Shown piece by piece: positions 42,438-54,700 of a DNA stretch of 64,000 bases. A program made the position numbers and the translations under genes. The notes below the pieces were generated by a model. It saw only the letters and a program-made list of their open reading frames with translations, made no database searches and was not told the DNA's origin. Position 1 is the stretch's first letter. Each line of letters begins with the position of its first letter. The DNA is from Lobosporangium transversale (taxonomy: Eukaryota): contig NW_019028994.1 of the NCBI RefSeq assembly GCF_002105155.1, positions 434,001 through 498,000 on the forward strand. Reading direction: 5' to 3'.

Positions 42438-43228
42438 TGCAGTTTATTTAGTTTCCCACGAGGTTCATGGATTTTACTCCGAATAATTAGACCTCCATCT
42501 CTGATCAACAAAGCCATTCATCTCTTTTTTTTATTTTTTTTTATTTTTATTTTTATTTTTATTTTTATTTTTTGATTGCAAAGAGGGTGTGCAGCAAATC
42601 TACGATTAAAGGAATCAAATAAATAATGTCATTGAGAGAGGAAGAATGGATGATTGACCACTAGAATAATGTACACTTGTCTTTTTGCACCAGAAGAAAA
42701 TGATACGACTGAGACAACTAAGGATTGTTCTACAATTACAATTCCTACACACAAAGTAGATGGGATGAACTTGAGAGGGACTGCAATGATACATGCGCAC
42801 GCATGAATGCTCTTATGAATCACTCGATTAAAAAACCCCTCCGAATTTTAAGAAATGGTTACTTGAACTAACATGACCGAAAGGAATTTGATTCAGTGCA
42901 GGCCCAAAAATGCAACTGTGTAACACAGGGTGGTAAAGAAGGGAAAGAGACGTGTCTAGACCCTGGCAAGGTTGAAAACTCCAGCTTAAAAGAAGACTTG
43001 CATGCAGCCTTTATTGTTATTCATTCTTCATTCTTTCTTTCACCCTTCACATCGTAATTCTATTGCACTTCAAGTCCATTTCTTTGGATCATTCCTGTAA
43101 GTCGTCGCCTGCAAACACGCTTGGAACCCACAAAAATTACTATCTCCACCCACTAACCCTTTAAACCCATCCTTCTTTAGCAGACCTACGTAGAATTCAA
43201 TTCAAAGATAAAAGGAAAGCATCAATCC

Positions 43229-46200
43229 ATGTTCGGCTTGACGAAACCCCCATCACGAAGTGCACTTTCGCCAATACAGGCTCTGAGACTCTTCGATTTC
43301 TATATGAAGGGTACTCGCACCCTAGACGACGATAACGACATAGTGCTGGAGCTATGTCTTGATGCTGACTCTGTGCTATCTCGAATTCAGCGGCCTGCGC
43401 GAAAGTCCATTGTCCCAATCTCCTCAGGCTCTTCAACTTCGAATGGAGATATGACATTGCACCAAAGTATTGCCTCAGCCTACTATGATCTTGCTCGCTT
43501 ATTTGAAAATCTTGGTCACTTAGATGATGCTCAAAGACGTGACAAGAAAGCTGAGAAATGGGGATACATCCAAAGAAATAACAACAATAACAACAATAGC
43601 AACAATACCAAACAAAAAGGCAACGTTACCAGTAGCGCCAAGTCGAATACAATGGTTAAAGCGATACCAGCACATACTACTGCAACGATTGCAAAGGACA
43701 TATTCAATCACAATGAACTCCCAATTGTCATTAAGCATGCCTTACCAGAATCTGGGACTCACCTGAATGATATCCGTCAGCTTGTATATTGTCTTCGTTT
43801 ACTCTCTACCGCTTCCATCCCAACAAATGGTCTTAATGATCATGAGAAGGAGTGGCGCAAAGCCATATCGAACGATCAAGATGAGTGTGAGCGATTACGT
43901 AAACTGGTATCGGATGTGATTGAAATGTTCATCAGGGAGGATGTCAAGAATGAGGCAGCTGTCGCTGAGGCGGTGAGTCTGGCTCCTATTCTCGACCAGT
44001 CTCAGTTCAGGACTTTGCTCATGACATTGGTCAATGGAATCAGTCGGAATATCATACTGGAGACTCATTTGCTAGGAGGGTTGGCTCAATTGATACAGCG
44101 TGCTCCCCTTGGATATCTCGAGTCGGGTGACCTCGTCTCAATCCTCAGCTCTCTCAGCTTCCGCTTACAAGGTACACATACTCAATCTGGAGACCATCTC
44201 TATCGCCTCTCAGCTACAGTCTCACATGTGCTTGATGCTATGGTCAACAATCAAGTCAAGGATCTGAAGCGAGAACAACTCCATGAACCACTTGTAGCAT
44301 ACCTTAAGGAACTGAAAGATAGCTCAAATCCACAGCTAGTCTATCAAGCTGCTTATGCCTTCCAAGCCTTGCAATATATCCCAGATGATGAAACAGCAAT
44401 GCAAGCCATGCTTCGACGGACATCAGCAGTACTCCAAGGAGTGTTTGGAATAGTGGGTGCGGTCAAAGACGTGGATCTGAATGCTTTCATGGATGAGATA
44501 AGCAACATCCAGAAAGAACTTCCTTCTGCGACAAATCTCATTGACATGAGCCTGCGAGTATACAAGGGTACAACCTCACTATATGAGAGCGGAGCAATGT
44601 TCAAACAGTGTATGGAAGAAGGACTCAACTTCAGTCACAAGTCAGCATGGTATCCAGCACTTCTTGCAGCCGATGCACTACTCCAGACAGGCGAATTCAT
44701 CAAGTTCAAGGCTCTTGTGTGTGGAGTATCCTGTCGAAATGATGCAGCATTCCAATGGGGTCTATGTCAGAGACTGGGACAGATTGCAGCAGATACACAA
44801 TGGACCATGGATACTCGACAAGATGCCATCACATTCCTAGGAGAGATCTACAAGAATGAACATGAGTGGAACGATCATACACATGTCAAGCAATGGATCA
44901 TAAACATCCTTAGAAGGATATCCTCAATATCATCGGATGTCCTACAAGGTGTGTGCCTCTTTCTTTATTTGCAAACATGTTTGATGATGATGTTGGTAGC
45001 ATTCAGCATATGGTGGTTAATTCTTTTATTCCACACATTTTCTTTTCCGCTTTGCTTTCAGTCGTAGATGCTCTCCTGGATGATCTCAAATCATGTGGGG
45101 ACATCAAGAAGCAAGAGCTGTGCAGGATATACCTCCAAGAGCCAATGATCCAGCATCCCCTCATTACCACACTCCCTCCACCTACATTGTCACATCTGCT
45201 TGATCGTGTACAAAAAAGATCAGGTGTCGAGGATGGTCTGCGCCAACTAAAGAGAAAACGAATGAGAGCTGAAAATAACCAAGGGTTCTACATCCCACAA
45301 TATGCTAAAGCAAGTCCTCAAGCGAACGATGACGAGTTGTTCTTGCTGATGGACAAGGTAAAAGAGTTTTTGGATAGTGACAAGAGAGTATTGCTCATTC
45401 AAGGAGATTCAGGAGCAGGCAAGTCGACATTCAACCGCACTCTGGAGCGCACACTCTGGGATACATACCAAAAGAAACATAGTGAAATACCACTGTTTAT
45501 CAATCTCCCAGCTATCGACAAGCCAGAGAAGGACCTGGTCGCAAAGCAGTTGCGAGACTATGGCTTTACAGATCTACAGATCAAAGAACTGAAGATGAAT
45601 CGGTCATTCACCCTGATATGCGATGGATATGACGAGAGTATGCAGACCAATAACCTGTATGTAGCCAACCGGTTGAACCAGCCTGGAGAGTGGAGGGTCC
45701 AGATGGTGATCAGCTGTCGTAGTGAGTATCTTGGATTGGACTATCGAGATCGGTTCCAGCCTATGAGCCGTAATTACCAAGTAGATGTTGTATTGTTTCA
45801 AGAAGCTGTGATTGTGCCATTCTCTGAGGCTCAGATCGACGATTATATCGAACAATATGTCGATACCATAGACCCAATGTGGCAAGTGAAGGACTACCAA
45901 CGAGCACTCCAGATGGTCCCTAGCCTACAGGATCTTGTAAAGAACCCATTCATGCTATCGATGTCCCTACAAGTGCTACCACGGATGGTAGATCCATATC
46001 AAGACATCTCCAACGCCAAGATCAAGCGTGTCATACTGTATGACCAGTTCGTTGAGCAGTGGCTCGAACGAGGCAAGAAGCGACTATACGAGACACTAAG
46101 GGCAGAAGACAGAAGGATGTTCCACAAACTATTGGATGGAGGGTTTGCACAGCATGGGATCAAGTATCTTACAGAGCTAGCTGTAGCGATCTATAAGCAT

Positions 46201-49200
46201 CAAGATGGCAATCCAGTGGTGGAGTACTCACCATACAATGACAAGGGTACATGGAAAGAAAGACACTTTGACAAAGAAGAAGGAAGGGACCTACTACGCG
46301 AGGCATCACCTCTGAACCGTACAGGCAGTCAGCATCGGTTTATCCATCGATCTATTCTGGAGTACAGTCTTGTACGAGCGATCTTTGAGCCGCAGCTAGT
46401 AACGAATACTTCCGTAAAGGATGAGGAAACTAAGGTGGCAACTTCAACTTCTCGTCGACAGAGTATCAGTTCAGTGTTTAGCTTTGAAGGCATAGACATC
46501 AAGGAAGATGAACAAGGAATCGATGCAATCAAAGTTGATGAGATGTCGCCTTTAGTATGGAGGAGCTTTGTGGATGAACCATCTATCCTTCAGTTCCTAG
46601 AGGATCGCGTTCAACTTGAGGGAGTGTTCAGACAGCAGCTGCACATGTATGTGGAGCTCTCGAAGAGCGATAGCAAATGGCGAATAGCAGCAGCCAATGC
46701 GATGACAATCTTGGTACGAGCAGGCGAGTCATTCAACGAAGCAGACTTGCGAGGTATCCAGGTACCAAGAGCAGATCTCAGCCACGGTCTTTTTGAATAT
46801 GCTCAGCTTCAAGGAGCAGATCTCAGGAAGGCCAACTTACGGAGCTGTTGGCTTCGTGGAGCAGACCTAAGTGGAGCAAAGATGGCAGGAGTACAGTTTG
46901 GAGAATGGCCGCATCTTAAAGTCAATGGCGAGACATCAAGAGGGTCATATTCACCTGATGGAAAGACACTATCTGCAGCTATCAGAGATGAATCACGCAG
47001 ATGTTTGATTACAGTGTATGATACATCAACATGGGAGGAGCTTTGGACTCTAGAGGAGGATGAGCTCTGCGAATATTTTATATACTCACCTGACAGCCGA
47101 TATATCGCCTCCTGGGGTCATTATGGTGATATTGTTTTGGTTTGGGATACGACGTCAGGGGTATTGATTCACAAGCTGATAGACCATGGACAGGAAATTA
47201 GATGTGTAGTATACTCGCCAAGCGGAGATCATCTTGCTTCAGCAGGTCAAGATGGGCCAGTGCGAGTGTGGGACACCCAGTCAGGTGTACTCATACACAA
47301 ATTAGAGGGCCATACCGATGTTGTGTCGAGTTTGGCATATTCACCCGATGGGAAGCAAGTTGCAGCTGGTAGCTGGAATGGGACATTACGAGTGTGGGAT
47401 GCGGCATCAAGACAGCAAGTGGTACTACTATTGGAGAGTCATGAGTCTGCCGCTTGGAAAATTGTGTATTCATCTAAATTTGTGTATTCACCTAATGGCC
47501 AGGAAATTGTATCTTGCTGTTCCGGTGGTTGTTCCCTGCATGTGTGGGATGTTGCATCTGGTCAAAAAACAATGGTCTTGACACATGATGGGTTTGTGGA
47601 AGGCATTCAGTATTCACCTAAAGGGAGATTCACTATTTCATTCAGCGAGCGGAAAGTATATCAGTGGGATATGCAAATAGGAAAAGTCATCCATATCTTT
47701 GAAGGGTCTTCTCATGGTATCACTGACCTAAAGTACTCGCCAAATGGAAAACAAATAGCCGCTTGCAGTGAAGACCACACAGTACGGGTTTGGGATGCAA
47801 GGTCAGGACAACTCATGAATATCTTTTATGGCCGCGCTGCGGTACATTGCGTGGCATACTCACCAAACAGCGATCAGATTGCATCCTTTAGCGAATATGA
47901 TACAATATGCCTGTGGGATGCACGCTCACAGCAATCTAGTCATGACTCATATGGTAATTTGGGGCCGATCCATGGCATTAGAGTCTCACCGGATGGAAAG
48001 CAGATAGCTTCACGCAGTGATGATGGGACAGTGCGTATGTGGGATGCATGGACAGGACAGTCCATTCATGTTTTACAGAGAGACGATGGAGATACTTCCG
48101 ATATCATATATTCACCTGATGGTCTGTTGCTTGCTTCTCGCCGTCATCTTTCCTCGTGGGTCTACCTTTGGGATACTCGAACAGGTCAAGTCGTCCATTA
48201 TTTGGAACTCCAAGGCGAACAAGCCGAAGAGGCCTGCGGGGACTTTGCCTTCTCACCCATTGGGCACCAAATTGCCTGTGTTCATAAATCTGGAGATGTA
48301 ACCATATGGGATACACAAACAGGAGAGCTCTCCCATACTCAGCAGAGCAACGATGGATATTTTAGAGGTGTGGTATTCTCGCCTGATGGCCGCCAGATTG
48401 CTTTGTATAAATCAGGAGGCGTTCTCATGATCTTGTCGATTGAATCGTGGAGCCTTCAGTATGAAGTAAAATTTGAAGGATCTATCTCTTGTATCAAATA
48501 CTCGTCCGACAGTCGTAAGATCGTGATCTACGACGGACTTATGGAACACCTGCAAGTACTGAACGCAGAAACAGGTGAACACTGTTACATAGCGCAGGGT
48601 GGGAGCTGTGTAGTATTTTCACCATGTTGTCAAGAGATGGCTTATATTTTATGGGAAGAAACAGGTAAAATCATAGTGATTGATTCGGAATCGGGAGCAG
48701 AACTGCATACGCTTGAAGGACATACCAAATGGATAAAGGAGGTATCTTACTCGCCTGACGGGAAGTATATTGCCTCACGTAGTTATGACAAGACAGTGCG
48801 AGTATGGGATCTAGAGACAGGTCATTGTTCAGTTGAAATCCTACTTGAAGGTGAAGATTTTGAGACGCTTGTATGGAATACCTTTGAAGATGACTACTTT
48901 CTGATCTCAGGATGTGAAGATGGTACTATTCGGATGTGGCAGATTGTGCAGGAGAACGATCAATATAAGTATCGCCTGAAATGGAGCACCAAGCAAATAA
49001 TCCTCAATGCTCACAACATGTGTATTCAAGATGTGGTTGGATTGAGTGAAGTCAACAGTAAGCTCCTGGTGCAACGAGGAGCTATAGGCGAGCAATCTCA
49101 CTCATTGGTCATACACAAGGCATCTCAGCATATTGTAGCTACACCAATGGCATCCAGGTTCAAGACTTCTCCCAGTCAAGTAAATTGTCATCAAGGCCCA

Positions 49201-49356
49201 ATAAAGACAGCTGCAGAGACAGTTGCTTTGAAAGAACGAATGCCGTTAACTTCAGCAACAGTGCCAAGTAGGTTGATCAAAGACTACCACTTCAAATACA
49301 GTATGTGCAGTGAATGTGGTTTTGCACATGTCATTTCATGTAGACCTCGCAACTGA
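43229..49356 (+). CDS. NLR-like protein 1: helical/ARM-like N-terminus, NACHT, pentapeptide repeats, about 14 WD40 repeats; exons 43229-44948, 45062-49356
   Basis: Walker A GDSGAGKS, Walker B ICDGYDE, FIHRSILEY, A(D/N)LXX repeats, many YSPDG...VWD repeats; one GT-AG intron joins the two ORFs in phase. Confidence 0.92.
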
Positions 49357-49660
49357 GTAGATCAATAAGGACAGCATGAATACTATTGTGGATAAAGGAC
49401 AAAATAAAGGAATGCCTGTGTCTTTTTTTTGAATAAGAAGAAAATAGTCAATTCGTATTGACTGGCGATTATTATTATTATTATTATTATTATTTTTTTT
49501 ATTTTTTTTTTTTTTTTTCATACGAATAATTTTATGCAAATCAGGCTTGGCTTGATAGAGTATGTGTGTTTTGTCTATAATTGAGAAGCGCTCAGTATTC
49601 TCGCATGTGTTCATATACTAGATTGCGGATGGGATCAATGGTGCTGCGGTACTGCAACCT

Positions 49661-49800
49661 TGAGGGATAGACCAAGTATGCCTGCATTACACTAAACCGC
49701 TTAAAGTCCTGAAGGGACTCGGATCCAGCCTAGCTGGCTTTACAGAGATACCTCAAGGCTTGGTCAAAGCCTCGTTTCCCAAAGATAAATACAGATCATT
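49661..49800 (-). repeat. Short dispersed repeat; inverted relative of 58071-58215
   Basis: Reverse complement gggaaacgaggctttgaccaagccttgaggtatctctgtaaagccagctaggctgg aligns with 58093 gcgaaacgaagctttacccaagctatgaggcatctctgcaaagccaactaggctgg, with flanking similarity on both sides. Confidence 0.7.
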
Positions 49801-51748
49801 TACAAATAAAGTAAGAAAAGCTTGATAAAGAAGGTTGTATAAGAACATGAATCTGGATCGATGCTGATTCTTCAACCAAATCACTGAAGCTGTCGAAGGT
49901 AGGTCGATATTATTTCAATTAATGACCCTACGTTTAGGACACAACAGGGAAATGATTTTGAATAACACAGATTTCAAAAATTTAAAAAAGTAAAAAAAAA
50001 AAAAAAAGTAATTGTTGTTACATCGTGAGGAGCCAGGGTCTCAGGGTTCAAGTCTGGGTTCGCCACATCAGTAAAGGACGAGCCAGGAGAATGGGCCTCC
50101 ATTTCCTTTAGTGGGGCTACAGGCTCAATGGTAGTAAACAACCAAGGAGTTGCTGACTTGGTAGGTCTTTGGGGTATCGTAGTAGTTGCTGTTGTGCTAG
50201 CGGTTGTAGTGGTAGTAGCTGTAGTTGTAGTTGTTGGTTGTTGGGGCTGAATCGACAGTTGTCACAGACCCTAGTAGGGACCGCAATAGAAGATGAGGGA
50301 GAAGTCTCCGTGTTGGCGATCAAGCAGCCAAGATGTCAGCACATGCATTTTTTTTTTCTCGAATGGGGTGTTTTGATTGGCTGAGCTCTAATCTTGTATG
50401 CGTTAATATTTCCAGGTACAACTTGAACCGTGAATCAAAAAAATAAGATTCGATGTCAAGGGGAGTTGTTGATATGCAAGAGTAAGGTGTGTTGGATAAG
50501 TTAGTTGAGGAAGGAGAATATTTTAGTAATAAACATTAATAAGCGGCCATTAAACACATTTGGACTTGTATACACAAAGGAGTGAAAATTATACCCGGCT
50601 GACGAGCTTTTTCTTTTTTTTTTTTTTTTTTTTTTTTTCCGCTGTCCTCAAGCCAAAGGCGTCGCAAGGGATACTGTCGTAGTTGTTGCCATATGTCTAA
50701 GTATTGTTGTGGTCGCCGCCACTGTTGCTTCATTAGTAAGTGAGGAAGTGGGTCAACAACAGTAGTAGCTGTTATCATATAGGCCACCAACAGTATATAT
50801 TACGATTACTACGCGTTTTGGCTCCATTTTGAGTGATAATAAGGATGGAAAAGAAGGGAAGAAGAGCAAGGGAGCCAAGTCCGACTTTAACTTTGTTGGC
50901 CCAAGCTCCCTCTCTTTCCATATACGAAATGTTGATCTGAAAGACATAAAAAAAAGCGTCAGCAATGTGGACATTTTCTTCTTCGTCCCCTTGCTATAAG
51001 CTGTTTCTTTTCTACTTCATGTGTGTATTTGAGGCTGCAATAAAACTTTCGGAATCATTTTCATCATTTCCATCTGTGTAGCACTGCGTGTATGTATGTT
51101 TTCAACCTGCTCCACTTCGCATGAAGTATGGCTTTGAAACCTCTTTTTTATTTTTTATCTTTCTTTTGCTCTTTTGTTCTTTTGTTCTTGAACAGTTTGT
51201 TTTTTTGCTTTTAGAAAGTTAAAGCCCTGTTTTATGCTTGGTTGGCTTTATTGCGAAAAAAAAATAAAAAAAATAAAAAAAGAGTCTTAGGCCGAGCTGA
51301 TAGGAAGCAAGTTTGTTCATAGGATCTACTACAACGACAAGTAGAAGGACTGCGAATAACTTTTATTCTTCTTTTGGGCCTCAACGTACGTCGTTTAGGG
51401 CAATTGTTGTGTGGCTGAGTAGATGGCAAAAGCGTATGAAGACTTGTTGGAGTTGAACCCCTCAACCTTAAATGTATTCTTTCTTTCCATCTTTTTTTCT
51501 TCGCCACTCATCTCACGTCACACAATCCCATTGCTTTTTTGATTCTTCTTTTCTTCCCAGACCTCGAGATCCAATCCTTGATTCATACATGTAAGCAGCG
51601 GACATCTATGTACAGTAGGGATAATGAAAATAACATTGTCCGCCCATAATTATCGCTAATAATAAGTACTTTTAAATAATAATCCTTCTTTCTTCTCTGA
51701 ATTGAATAGATCACAACCCAAAAAATAGAAAAAGGAAGGCAATAAGCC

Positions 51749-54700
51749 ATGATTGGCATGACAAAATCTCCATCACGAGGTGCACTCTTGCCAGCACAGG
51801 CTCTGAGACTCTTCAAGTTCTATATGGAGGGAGCTCGCACCATGGATGATGACAACAGCATATTGATGGAGTTATGTCTCGATGCTGACTCTGCGATGAC
51901 TCGAATTCAACGGCCTGCGAGAAAGGCCCTCGCCTCATTGTCTTCAGCCTCTTCACTCTCTTCAGCTTCGAAGGAAGACATGGCATTGCGCCAAGGTATC
52001 GCTTCAGCCTACTATGCCCTTGCTCGCTTGTTTGAACATCTGGGTTACTCAAGTGAAGTGCAGAGATGCGACAGGAAAGCAGAGAAATGGGGATACATCC
52101 AAGGAAGCAGCAACAATAACAGCGATGACAGCAATAATCGCAGTGATAGTAGCAATAATATCATTAGCAACGGACAAGAAAGCAGCGGAACAGGTAACAG
52201 CAGAGCTGAACCAGCACCAGCACAAACCATTGCAACTATTTCAAAGGACATATTCAACCGCAATGAATCTCTAGCAACCGTCAAGCACAGCTTACCAGAA
52301 GCTGATACTCGTCTGAAAGATATCCACCAGCTTGTATACTGTCTTAGTCTGCTTCATGCTCCAATAAATAATCTCAATGACAACGAAAAGAAATGGCGCC
52401 AGACCATTTCGGACAATCAGGATGAGTGTGAGCGATTGCGTAAACTGGTATCAGATGTGATTGAAATGTTCATCAGCGATGGGGTCAAGACCGAGGCATC
52501 TGTCGCTGAGGTGGTGAGTCTGGCTCCTATTCTCGATCGATCTCAGTTTAGAACGCTGCTCATGGCTTTGGTCAATGGGATCAATCAGAACATCATGCAT
52601 GAGACCCACTTGCTAGGAGGGTTTACTCAATTGATACAGCATTCCCCCTCCGGATACCTCGAGTCGGATGATCTCGTCTCAATCCTCAGCTCCCTCAGCT
52701 CCCGCTTGCAAGGCACACATACTCAATCTACCGAACATCTCTATCGCTTGTCTGCTACAGTCTCACATGTGCTTGATGCTATGGTCAACAGCCAAGTCAA
52801 GGGTCTGAAGCGAGAACAACTCCATGAACCACTTGCAGCATACCTCAAAGGCTTGAGAGATAGCACAGATGCACATATAACCTATCAAGCAGCCTATGCC
52901 TTCCAAGCCCTACTGTATATTCCAGATGACGAATCAACAATGCAAGCCGTGCTTCGACGGACATTAGCGGTGCTCAGAGGAGTGTTTGGAGTAGTGGGTG
53001 CAGTCAAAGATGTGGATCTGAATGCCTTCATGGATGAGATAAGCAAGATCCAGAAAGGGCTTCCTCCTGCAACAGAAGCCATTGACATGAGCCTGCGAGT
53101 ATACAAGGGTGCAGCCTCACTATACGAGAGCGGAGCAATGTTCAAACAGTGTATGGAAGAAGGACTCAGCTTTAGTCGAAAGTCAGCATGGTACCCAGTA
53201 CTTCGTGCAGTCGATGCACTACTCCAGACAGGCGAGTTCATCAAGTTCAAGACTCTTGTGTGTGAAGTACCTTGTCGCAATGATGCAGCATTCCAATGGG
53301 GACTGTGTCAAAGACTGGGACAGATTGCGTCTGATACAAAGTGGGCCATGGATACTCGACAAGATGCCATCACACTCCTAGGAGAGATCTACAAGAATGA
53401 CCAAGAGTGGGGTAATCATGCACATATCAAGCAATGGATCATATGTGTCCTTAGAAAGATATCCTCATTACCACCGGATGTTCTACAGGGTATGTACTTC
53501 TTCCATCTCTGTACATATGGCTGTTGAAAGTGTTGATAGCATCCTGCATATGGTGATTAATTCATTTATTCCATACACTTCTTATCCACTTTTAAATTCA
53601 GCCATAACTGACCTCTTGAGTGATCTGGAGATGGATGGGGACGTCAAAAAGCAAGAACTATATAGGAAATGCCTCCAAGACCCAGTGATCCAACACTCCT
53701 TCATTACCACACTTGCTCCATCGACATCTTCACATTTGCTTGACCGTGCGCAAAAGAGGCCTGATGTCGAGGACAGTCTACGGCAACTAAAGAAACAGCG
53801 TATCGGGGTTGGAAATGATCAAGGGTTCTACATCCCACAATATGCAAAAGCAAGTCCTCAAGCGAGCGATGACGAGGTGTTCTTGCTGATGGATAAGGTT
53901 AAAGAGTTTTTGGATAGCGACAAGAAAGTAATGCTCATTCAAGGAGATTCAGGGGCAGGCAAGTCTACATTCAACCGCACTCTGGAGCGCACACTCTGGA
54001 ATACATACCAGAAGGGACATGGCCGGATTCCATTGTTTATCAACCTTCCAGCCATCGACAAGCCAGAAAAGCAGCTGGTTACAAAGCAGTTGCGAGACTA
54101 TGGCTTTACTGATCCACAGATCAAAGAACTGAAGATGAGCCGGTCATTCATCCTGATCTGCGATGGATATGACGAGAGCATGCAGACCAATAATCTCTAT
54201 GTAGCCAACCAGTTGAATCAGCCTGGAGAATGGAAGGCCCAAATGGTGATCAGCTGTCGCAGTGAGTATCTTGGATTGGATTATCGAGATCGGTTCCAAC
54301 CTATGAACCGTAATTACCAAGTAGATGTTGTATTGTTTCAAGAAGCTGTGATTGTGCCATTCTCTACGGCTCAAATTGATGAGTATATCAAACAGTATGT
54401 CGATACTATGGATCCAATGTGGCAAGTGGAGGACTACCGACGTGCACTCCAAATGTTCCCCAGCCTACAAGACCTTGTGAAGAATCCATTCATGCTATCG
54501 ATGTCGCTACAAGTACTACCACGGATGGTGGATCCAGATCAAGACATCTCCAATACCAAGATCAAGCGTGTCATACTGTATGACCAGTTTGTTGAGCAGT
54601 GGCTCGAACGAGGCAAGAAGCGATTAGGTGAGACGCTAAGGCCAGAAGACAGAAGGATGTTCCACACACTATTGGATGGAGGATTTGCACAGCATGGGAT

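Noticed and set aside
50240..50280. PTRVCDNC resembling the end of a FYVE finger
   Set aside because: The other FYVE motifs (WxxD, RRHHCR, further Cys pairs) are absent.
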